A DNA stretch of 14,293 nt, from assembly GCA_046758705.1 (NCBI GenBank), contig JBHIAT010000088.1, positions 1-14,293 of the forward strand, written 5' to 3'. Position numbers and translations under genes: made by a program. Every line of letters starts with the position of its first letter. Position 1 is the stretch's first letter. This document shows, one piece after another, positions 1 to 6,595 of the stretch. The notes under the pieces were generated by a model. The model was not told where the DNA came from. It saw only the letters and a list, made by a program, of their open reading frames with translations, and did not search any database. Origin of the DNA: Candidatus Bipolaricaulia bacterium. GTDB lineage: Bacteria; Bipolaricaulota; Bipolaricaulia; JBHIAT01.

Positions 1-70
1 GATGAGAGAGATGAGGGTGGAAGGGGGGTAGCTCTTATGTCGTAATTTCAGTAACGGGATAGTTAAATAT

Positions 71-99
71 TTGACAGCCAAACGGGGATTTGATAAACT
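71..99 (+). promoter_or_regulatory. sigma70-type promoter of the ABC transporter operon
   Basis: TTGACA (71-76), 17-nt spacer, TAAACT (94-99), with extended -10 TG at 91-92 and AT-rich sequence upstream. Confidence 0.8.
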
Positions 100-112
100 G
101 AATTTCCGAGGA

Positions 113-154
113 TAAGGAGGTGATGGGGGGTATCAGTAGGGCCGTGTCCCTACT
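113..154 (+). promoter_or_regulatory. 5'-UTR element: orphan perfect Shine-Dalgarno followed by a hairpin
   Basis: TAAGGAGGTGAT (113-124); stem AGTAGGG (135-141) / CCCTACT (148-154). The gene's own RBS (TAAGGAGG) is separate, at about 198-205. Confidence 0.45.
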
Positions 155-213
155 TCAGTAAAAGCAAAAGCGGGGAAACCCCAAAACTTTACAAGTCTAA
201 GGAGGGAGATTCT

Positions 214-1833
214 ATGCGTAGCAACTGGCGATTTGGTGTGGTGTTTCTGTCGCTGGTGTTGGTGGTTGGTCTGTTCGCAGGCGCGCAGCAGATCAAGAAT
301 CCGAGTATATACATCCACGCGACCATCTCTGGGGCTGAGACGATGGATCCGGCGTTCTCCTACGACACGGCCAGTGCAACAGCGATCTTCAACGTCTACG
401 AGACGCTGATCTTCTATAAGGGGTCGAGCGTCACCGACTTCGATCCGATGCTCGCCACCAGCTGGGAGGTGTCCGCGGATGGGTTGACGTACCGGTTCCC
501 GATCCGCCAAGGTGTCCGGTTCCACAATGGCGCCCGGCTGACCCCCGAGGACGTCGAGTACAGCTTCGAGCGCACGTTGATCCAGGATCGCTCCGGCGGT
601 CCGGTCTGGATCTTGCTGGAGCCGCTGCTCGGGGTCGGCACGATCGAGGACCTGGCGCTGGAGATCGCTGAGGGAATGGGCGAGACAGTTGAGGAGTTCA
701 GTGAGATCAGCGAGGCGGCGCTGCGGGAGACGTTCAACCGCGTGGACGCCGCCGTCGAGGTCGAGGGGGACAACGTCGTCTTCCGCCTGACCCAGCCGTT
801 CGCGCCGTTCCTGTCGACCCTGCTGGGCAACTGGGGCTCGATCGTCAACCGCGACTGGGTGATCGGGGCCGGTGGCTGGCCGGGCACCGTGGGGACCTGG
901 GTCCAATACCACGATCCGCAGACCGAGGAGTCCGTCCTGTACAACCGGATGAACGGAACCGGGCCGTTCAAGCTGGAGCGCTTTGTGCCGCAGGAGGAGG
1001 TCGTCCTGATTCGCAACGACGACTACTGGCGCGAGCCGGCGCAGGTGGAACGGGCGATCATCAAGTACGTCGATGAATGGAGCACCCGGTTGTTGATGCT
1101 CCAGAACGGCGATGCGGATAGCATATGGGTGCCGCGTCAGTTCATCACCCAGGTGCAGCCGCTGGTCGATCAGGGCGTGGTTGATGTCTTCACGGATCTG
1201 CCCGCTGTGAGCCTGCGTAACCTGTTCTTCAACTACAACGTGATCGCCGAGGGGAACCCATACATCGGCAGCGGACAGCTTGACGGGAACGGGATCCCAC
1301 CGAACTTCTTCAGCGACATCAACGTGCGCAAGGGGTTCGCTTACTCGTTCGACCCGGACATCTTCATCCAGGATGTGTACTTCGGGGAAGCGAAGCAGGT
1401 GACTGGTCCGATCCCCGAGGGGCTGCCGTTCTTCGACGAGAACGCGCCTCTCTACGGTTTCGACCCGGAGAAGGCGGAGGAGCACTTCCGTGCGGCCTGG
1501 GGCGGTCAGCTCTGGGACAACGGCTTCCAACTGACCATCCTCTACAACACGGGGAATGTAGAGCGCAGGGTGGCTGCTGAGATGCTCGAATTCAACATCG
1601 AGGCACTCAACCCCAAGTTCCAGATCGACATCCAAGACGTTGCGTGGCCGACCTACATAGGAAGCTCGGTCAGAAACCAGTTGCCGGTGTTCATCATCGG
1701 CTGGCTCGAGGACTACCACGACCCCCACAACTGGGTCGTGCCTTACATGGCCAGCTTCGGCACATTCGTGGGCTGGCAGGGGATAGGTGCAGAGGGCCTG
1801 GCCGAGATCGCTAAGGAGAGGTACGACCGCTGA
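214..1833 (+). CDS. ABC transporter substrate-binding protein, family 5 (OppA/DppA-like); C-terminally truncated by a frameshift in this sequence
   Basis: RBS TAAGGAGG; signal peptide MRSNWRFGVVFLSLVLVVGLFAGA; family-5 motifs ETMDPAFSYD, NVYETLI, LATSWEVSADGLTYRFPIRQGVRFHNG, GTGPFKL, VRKGFAYSFD; followed by two Opp/Dpp permeases. Confidence 0.9.
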   Translation: MRSNWRFGVVFLSLVLVVGLFAGAQQIKNPSIYIHATISGAETMDPAFSYDTASATAIFNVYETLIFYKGSSVTDFDPMLATSWEVSADGLTYRFPIRQGVRFHNGARLTPEDVEYSFERTLIQDRSGGPVWILLEPLLGVGTIEDLALEIAEGMGETVEEFSEISEAALRETFNRVDAAVEVEGDNVVFRLTQPFAPFLSTLLGNWGSIVNRDWVIGAGGWPGTVGTWVQYHDPQTEESVLYNRMNGTGPFKLERFVPQEEVVLIRNDDYWREPAQVERAIIKYVDEWSTRLLMLQNGDADSIWVPRQFITQVQPLVDQGVVDVFTDLPAVSLRNLFFNYNVIAEGNPYIGSGQLDGNGIPPNFFSDINVRKGFAYSFDPDIFIQDVYFGEAKQVTGPIPEGLPFFDENAPLYGFDPEKAEEHFRAAWGGQLWDNGFQLTILYNTGNVERRVAAEMLEFNIEALNPKFQIDIQDVAWPTYIGSSVRNQLPVFIIGWLEDYHDPHNWVVPYMASFGTFVGWQGIGAEGLAEIAKERYDR

Positions 1834-2060
1834 TCAGCGAGGCCGGGTTCAGCACCGATCCTAACAGACGGCAGGAGCTCTACGCCGAGCTGCAGCGGCT
1901 CTACTTCGAGGACGCGCCGTCGGTCTCACTCACGTAGCCCGTCGGTCGTCGCTACCAGCGGGCGTGGGTGAAAGACTGGTTGTTCAACCCGGCGTTCCCG
2001 GGCATGTACTTCTATCCGATAAGTAAGAGTTTCGAGGCAAGTCTGCCGCATGTCCGGTAA
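1830..2060 (+). pseudogene. out-of-frame 3' remainder of the substrate-binding protein gene, with an internal TAG
   Basis: The -1 frame from 1830 reads LISEAGFSTDPNRRQELYAELQRLYFEDAPSVSLT*PVGRRYQRAWVKDWLFNPAFPGMYFYPISKSFEASLPHVR* (TAG 1935-1937, TAA 2058-2060), the typical family-5 SBP C-terminus. Confidence 0.85.
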
Positions 2061-2072
2061 GCCGATAGGCGT

Positions 2073-2114
2073 TGGGAGCAAGGGCCAGGCATTTCGTCCT
2101 GACCCTTGCTCCTA
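2073..2114 (+). terminator. intercistronic stem-loop after the SBP gene (mRNA stabiliser or partial terminator)
   Basis: TGGGAGCAAGGGCCAGG (2073-2089) pairs with CCTGACCCTTGCTCCTA (2098-2114): 17-position stem with one mismatch and one G-U, 8-nt loop, no clear U-tract. Confidence 0.65.
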
Positions 2115-2136
2115 CTTAGGAGCTTAGGAGCCTGGC

Positions 2137-3174
2137 ATGCTGGCCTACATCACCCGCAGACTGCTTCTGCTTCCGCTCATCCTGTTCGGGGTCACCCTAC
2201 TGATCTTTGCGATGCTGCAGCTCCTCGATCCCTACGAGCGGGTAAGCGTGTTTATCCGAGACCCGGCCCAGATCAAGAGCGGCACGGAACATCTTGATCG
2301 CCTGATCAAAAAGTACGGTCTCGACGATCCGATCCCGGTTCAGTATTTTCGCTGGTTGAATGAGCTGTTCCATGGCAACCTCGGCTGGTCGGAGACGGCG
2401 AGCCGGCCGGTAGGGGACGCCATCCTCCACTTTCTACCGGCGTCGGCGGAGCTGGCGCTGTTCGCGGTCATCCCCATCCTCATCGGGGGAATCTGGTTGG
2501 GGACGACCTCCGCCGTTCATCAGAACGATCCGATCGACCAGGGGACCCGGGTGATGGCGATCACCGGCTGGTCGTTCCCTGACTTCGTCTTCGGCCTGAT
2601 GGTGCTGATGATCTTTTACGGAGTGCTCGATTGGTTCCCTCCCGGCCGGCTGAGCACCGAGATCAGTCTGGTGGTCAACTCCGCTGAGTTCGTCCGCTAT
2701 ACGAACATGAACACCATCGACGGGATCCTCAACGGGAATCTTCGGGTAACCCTTGATGCGCTCAGGCATCTGGCGCTGCCGGTGGTTACCCTCGCCTATG
2801 TCCAATGGGCGGTCCTGATGCGGGTGATGCGCTCCAGCATGCTGGAGACGTTGCGACAGGACTACATCACCACTGCCCGGGCCAAGGGGTTGAGGGAGAA
2901 TGTGGTGATCAACAAACACGCGCGCCGCAACGCGCTGATCCCGGCGGTGACGATCTCCGGCCTGTTGGTCGCCGGGTTGTTAAACGGTGTGGTGATTGTC
3001 GAGACCGTCTTTAACTACCGTGGCCTCGGGCGGTTCTACGCCAACGCCGCGACCCAGCTCGACATCCCGGCGGTGCTCGGATTTGTCCTGTTCAACGGAA
3101 TTCTGTTCGTGGTAGTCAACTTGGTCGTCGACGTGCTGTACGCGGTGATCGATCCCCGGGTGCGGTTAGGGTAG
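2137..3174 (+). CDS. peptide/nickel ABC transporter permease (OppB/DppB family)
   Basis: MLAYITRRLL start, GLDDPIPVQYFRWL, GNLGWS, EAA loop RSSMLETLRQDYITTARAKGL, HARRNALIP, C-terminal VVDVLYAVIDPRVR; RBS AGGAG. Confidence 0.95.
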   Translation: MLAYITRRLLLLPLILFGVTLLIFAMLQLLDPYERVSVFIRDPAQIKSGTEHLDRLIKKYGLDDPIPVQYFRWLNELFHGNLGWSETASRPVGDAILHFLPASAELALFAVIPILIGGIWLGTTSAVHQNDPIDQGTRVMAITGWSFPDFVFGLMVLMIFYGVLDWFPPGRLSTEISLVVNSAEFVRYTNMNTIDGILNGNLRVTLDALRHLALPVVTLAYVQWAVLMRVMRSSMLETLRQDYITTARAKGLRENVVINKHARRNALIPAVTISGLLVAGLLNGVVIVETVFNYRGLGRFYANAATQLDIPAVLGFVLFNGILFVVVNLVVDVLYAVIDPRVRLG

Positions 3175-3183
3175 AGGTAGAGG

Positions 3184-4176
3184 GTGAAGATAAGGATAGG
3201 GAAGAGGAAGAGGATCAGGCTGAAGCTGGGGACGAAGACGCTCAAACGGCTGATCAAGAACCCGATCTCGTTGCTGGGACTGGTGCTCGTTTCGTTCTTT
3301 ACTTTGATGGCGATCACGGCGCCGTGGCTCGCGCCGCCGCCCCGGCCTCGCGAACCCTATCGCATCCCGAGGTACGGATTCAGCGCGGTCCCCAAGCCGC
3401 CGACTGACGGCAACCCGCTGCGCGCCATCTGGAAGATCGCCACCCGCCAGGCGACCCTGCGCCAGGTCCACCCGTTCGGGACGACCGAAGGGCAGTACGA
3501 CGTTTACTACGGGATCGTCTGGGGAACGCGGACCGCATTTCGGATCGGCCTGATCGTGACCGGAAGCGTCGTCCTAATTGGGATCGTGATCGGCACGATC
3601 GCCGCCTATTACGGCGGGATCGTTGACGAGATCATCATGCGCATCACCGACATCTTCCTGGTCTTCCCGTTCCTGGTGGCGGCGATCGTGCTGACGACCA
3701 TTCTGGGCAAGGGCCTGGACAAGGTGATGATCGCGCTGATCGTCTTCGGCTGGCCGACCTACGCTCGGCTGATCCGCGGGGATATCCTGTCGGTCAAGGA
3801 GAAAGACTTCGTCGAGGCGACCCGGGCCGCGGGGGCGAACGACCTGCGCATCATCTTCCGCCACATCCTGCCGAACACGATCTACCCGGTGTTCGTGGTG
3901 GCGACGCTCCAAATCGGGTCGCTGGTGCTGACGGCCGCGGCGCTCAGTTTCCTCGGACTGGGGGCCGGTGTCGGCTACGCTGACTGGGGCCAGATGATCA
4001 GCTTCGCCCGCAACTGGATCATCGGGACCGGGGTCACCGCGGGGGGCAGTCCGTTCACCTACTGGTACGTGCTCATCTATCCTGGGATGGCCATCCTGCT
4101 GTTCGTCCTCAGTTGGAGCCTGCTCGGGGACGCGTTCCGTGACATCCTCGATCCCCGGATGCGCGGGGCGCGCTAA
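3184..4176 (+). CDS. peptide/nickel ABC transporter permease (OppC/DppC family)
   Basis: HPFGT..GQYDVYYGIVWGTRTAF, EAA loop KEKDFVEATRAAGANDLRIIFRHILPN, AALSFLGLG, DWGQMI, LGDAFRDILDPR; GTG start is somewhat uncertain. Confidence 0.95.
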   Translation: MKIRIGKRKRIRLKLGTKTLKRLIKNPISLLGLVLVSFFTLMAITAPWLAPPPRPREPYRIPRYGFSAVPKPPTDGNPLRAIWKIATRQATLRQVHPFGTTEGQYDVYYGIVWGTRTAFRIGLIVTGSVVLIGIVIGTIAAYYGGIVDEIIMRITDIFLVFPFLVAAIVLTTILGKGLDKVMIALIVFGWPTYARLIRGDILSVKEKDFVEATRAAGANDLRIIFRHILPNTIYPVFVVATLQIGSLVLTAAALSFLGLGAGVGYADWGQMISFARNWIIGTGVTAGGSPFTYWYVLIYPGMAILLFVLSWSLLGDAFRDILDPRMRGAR

Positions 4177-4199
4177 CTGAAGCCGGTAGAACCGTTCTC

Positions 4200-4229
4200 T
4201 TGACAACTCCGGTCCTGGTTTGCTATATT
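4200..4229 (+). promoter_or_regulatory. sigma70-type promoter for the tRNA and RNase H gene
   Basis: TTGACA (4200-4205), 18-nt spacer, TATATT (4224-4229), extended -10 TG at 4221-4222, 18 nt upstream of the tRNA. Confidence 0.75.
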
Positions 4230-4247
4230 CAAGTCGACCATCAACCG

Positions 4248-4322
4248 GGGCCCATAGCTCAGCGGCAGAGCAGCGCCCTCATAAGGCGGAGGTCGATGGT
4301 TCGAATCCATCTGGGCCCACCA
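4248..4322 (+). tRNA. tRNA with CAT anticodon, most likely tRNA-Ile2 (lysidine-modified, reads AUA)
   Basis: Acceptor stem GGGCCCA/TGGGCCC, discriminator A, encoded CCA; D arm GCTC/GAGC; anticodon loop CTCATAA (CAT 4280-4282); T arm GATGG-TTCGAAT-CCATC. C4-G69/C5-G68 pairs and the absence of a C1:A72 mismatch favour Ile2 over elongator or initiator Met. Confidence 0.93.
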
Positions 4323-4350
4323 CAAAGTTCGCCATAGAAGTGATCATATC

Positions 4351-4884
4351 TTGAAAAAGTTGCTCGTTCATGCCGACGGCAGTACCCAGGGGAACCCGGG
4401 CGAGGCGGCGGTTGGCGTGGTCATCGCCGATGGATACGGGCATCGTATCAAGGAGTTCGCCGAGACCATCGGTTACACCACCAACAACGTCGCCGAATAC
4501 AAGGCGTTGATCGCCGGCTGTCGGGCGGCGCTGAGCTACCAGCCCGAGGAGATCGTCCTGTTCACCGACAGCCAGTTGGTCGCCCGTCAGGTGAACGGTA
4601 CCTACGACATCCGCGATCCCAGCCTGAGAAATCTAAAGCTGGAATTGGTCTCTCTGCTGGAGCGGGTCCCCCGGTGGCGGGTGCAGCACGTCGAGCGGGA
4701 GGCCAATCGCGACGCCCATCGAATAGCGAAGCGGGCCATCCTGGAGGAGCGACGCACCCAGCTAGAGGAGGCGCGCCTGGGACGAGAGCTGATCCAGCGG
4801 ATCGAGTACCGGTTGCAGGAGCTGAGCAACGAGCAGAAAGAGAAGGTGCTCGACTACATCAATCGATTGGTCATAGAGGGTTAG
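4351..4884 (+). CDS. ribonuclease HI family protein (archaeal/RVT_3-like type) with a C-terminal helical extension
   Basis: Motifs ADGSTQGNPGEAAVG, TNNVAEYKAL, TDSQLV, HVEREANRDAH; TTG start. Confidence 0.9.
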   Translation: MKKLLVHADGSTQGNPGEAAVGVVIADGYGHRIKEFAETIGYTTNNVAEYKALIAGCRAALSYQPEEIVLFTDSQLVARQVNGTYDIRDPSLRNLKLELVSLLERVPRWRVQHVEREANRDAHRIAKRAILEERRTQLEEARLGRELIQRIEYRLQELSNEQKEKVLDYINRLVIEG

Positions 4885-4908
4885 GGCCGTCGACCCTCAT
4901 CTCAGATC

Positions 4909-5634
4909 TCAGCGTTTCTCACCACAGTACACGGTGACGATCCCACGGGTCAGATCCCGCGTCTTCAGGTTTTCCAATCCCTGCTCGGCCATCAGGGCCA
5001 AGATATCTTCACGCTCGGGAAAATCCTGAATCGAGTTTGCCAGGTACCGATAAGCGCTGAGACGCCTCGAGAACAGACCGCCGATTTGGGGGAGCAGTCG
5101 TTGCAGATAGAAGTGGTACAGGTGCCCAAACCTGCCGCGGGGGAGCGAAAATTCCAGGATGAGCAATTGTCCCTCGGGCGCCAGCACCCGGCTCATCTCT
5201 GAGATCCCCTGGCGATAGTCCTTCAGGTTGCGCAGGCCGAAGGCGATCGTCACGATCCCGAACTGTCCGTCGGCGAACGGAAGGTCCAGAGCATCTCCCT
5301 GCAACAGGGACACGCGATTCAACTGACCTCGGACCAACTTCTCCCGGCCGATGTGCAACATCCGTCCCGAGAAATCGAGCCCGATGATCTGCCCCCCTCC
5401 CTCGATCCGTCGGGTGAACGCGATCGCCACATCGCCGGTCCCGGTGCACACGTCGAGGATCCGCTCGCCCGGTTTTGGCTCGGCCGCTTCGATCAGAACC
5501 CGACGCCATCTCCGATCCAGGTTGAAGCTCAGCAGATGGTTGAGGAAGTCGTACCAGGGGGAGATCACTGAGAACATCCTGCGGATCGTTTCAGGGTTGC
5601 GCGCGGCTACGTCCGTTCCTCGATCAGTCTCCAT
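4909..5634 (-). CDS. menG: demethylmenaquinone/ubiquinone C-methyltransferase (MenG/UbiE)
   Basis: MFSVISPWYDFLNHLLSFNLDRRWRR, LDVCTGTGDVA, GDALDLPF, TIAFGLRNL, ILEFS, AYRYLANSIQDFP. Confidence 0.93.
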   Translation of the reverse strand: METDRGTDVAARNPETIRRMFSVISPWYDFLNHLLSFNLDRRWRRVLIEAAEPKPGERILDVCTGTGDVAIAFTRRIEGGGQIIGLDFSGRMLHIGREKLVRGQLNRVSLLQGDALDLPFADGQFGIVTIAFGLRNLKDYRQGISEMSRVLAPEGQLLILEFSLPRGRFGHLYHFYLQRLLPQIGGLFSRRLSAYRYLANSIQDFPEREDILALMAEQGLENLKTRDLTRGIVTVYCGEKR

Positions 5635-6563
5635 AGTTCGTCCTGGGGGATCTCCTGTTCGCTCGGCTCCCCGGTGATCACACCGATAGCCTCAGCCGGG
5701 ATGTCGGTCTGATGCAGCCGGTTGAGCAGGGTCTCGGCATGATCGGCGGGTGTCACGATCAACAGCGCACCGGACCCGATCAGCTTGATCGGGTCGACCG
5801 ACAAGACCTCACAGATCTGTTCGGTGACCGGATCAACCTGGATCCCTTGTTCGATCGAGAACCCTTTCCCGGTTCGTTTTGAGATCTCGATCAGCCCGCC
5901 CAGGACCCCACCCTCGGTCGGATCGTGCATAAACGAACAGAACTCCCGGGCGATGAGCGCCTCTGGGACGACAGAAAGTCGCTTGGAGAACTCCCGAGCC
6001 ACTGTGATCGTTCCCTCCGTGACGCCCACCCTCCGGAGTTCGTCGGCGTAAAGTTGAGCCAGGATGGATGTCCCTTCGATTCCGGCTCCTTTCGTCAGCA
6101 GGATCACATCTCCCTCGTTCACGTCCTCACCGGCGAGGGGTTTAGGGGTAAAGCCGAGGGCACAACCGACGAGGATCGGCTTGTCGACCCGATCGGTCAC
6201 CTCGGTGTGGCCTCCGATAATCGCGATCCCCAATCGCTTCGCCGCGTCGTCGATCTCACGGGTGATCCTCTCCAGATCGTAAACTTGCCGGTCGGGAGGG
6301 AGAATGAGCGTGATCGTCATGTAGCGGGGCTCGGCCCCCATGGTGGCCACATCGTTGGCATTGATATCGACGACATACCGTCCGATCCCGACTTCGGTCC
6401 CGGTGATCGGGTCACAGGCGACCACCAGGTAGCGATCGCCGTCCCGGACCACGGCGGCATCCTCCCCGAGGACAGGACCGATCAACAGATCCGGGTCTTG
6501 GGCTCCTAAGTAGGGGAAAACGTAGCCGGTCAGGATCTCCGGATCGACCTTCCCGATCCTCAA
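5607..6563 (-). CDS. AIR synthase-related (PurM/HypE/ThiL superfamily) protein of unknown function
   Basis: GK near the N-terminus, GEDAAVV, DPITG, NANDVATMGAEP, IIGGHTEVT, MHDPTEGGVLGGL, DPIKLIGSGALL, C-terminal DELW. Start re-assigned to TTG 6563 (RBS GAGGGG, no overlap with rodA). Lacks the HypE C-terminal PRIC. Confidence 0.85.
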   Translation of the reverse strand: MRIGKVDPEILTGYVFPYLGAQDPDLLIGPVLGEDAAVVRDGDRYLVVACDPITGTEVGIGRYVVDINANDVATMGAEPRYMTITLILPPDRQVYDLERITREIDDAAKRLGIAIIGGHTEVTDRVDKPILVGCALGFTPKPLAGEDVNEGDVILLTKGAGIEGTSILAQLYADELRRVGVTEGTITVAREFSKRLSVVPEALIAREFCSFMHDPTEGGVLGGLIEISKRTGKGFSIEQGIQVDPVTEQICEVLSVDPIKLIGSGALLIVTPADHAETLLNRLHQTDIPAEAIGVITGEPSEQEIPQDELWRLIEERT

Positions 6564-6595
6564 CCTCGCGACCCCCTCTTTATCCCTCACCCACA

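Noticed and set aside
1..60. purine-rich start of the window as a gene end or repeat
   Set aside because: Too short to assign; no support for any frame
133..1728. 531-aa minus-strand ORF, and other long antisense ORFs such as 3574-4206, 9263-10126, 9960-10613 and 11527-12381
   Set aside because: They shadow well-supported genes on the opposite strand, are expected from GC-rich codon bias, and show no recognisable motifs
1831..1833. TGA as selenocysteine or readthrough in the SBP gene
   Set aside because: Reading on in the same frame gives non-homologous Ser/Arg-rich sequence; the homologous C-terminus is in the -1 frame
1935..1937. TAG as pyrrolysine or a reassigned codon
   Set aside because: It lies downstream of a frameshift, and TAG is used as a normal stop by other genes here (3174, 4884, 8693); a point mutation or sequencing error is simpler
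4248..4322. tRNA as an integration site of a genomic island
   Set aside because: I saw no integrase, no duplicated tRNA 3' end and no compositional shift downstream
4351..4884. RNase H as part of a retroelement, retron or transposase
   Set aside because: There is no reverse transcriptase, integrase or terminal repeat in the window, and the context is housekeeping
4876..4898. hairpin GAGGGT/ACCCTC between the convergent RNase H and menG genes as a terminator
   Set aside because: The core stem is only 6 bp and there is no U-tract on either strand
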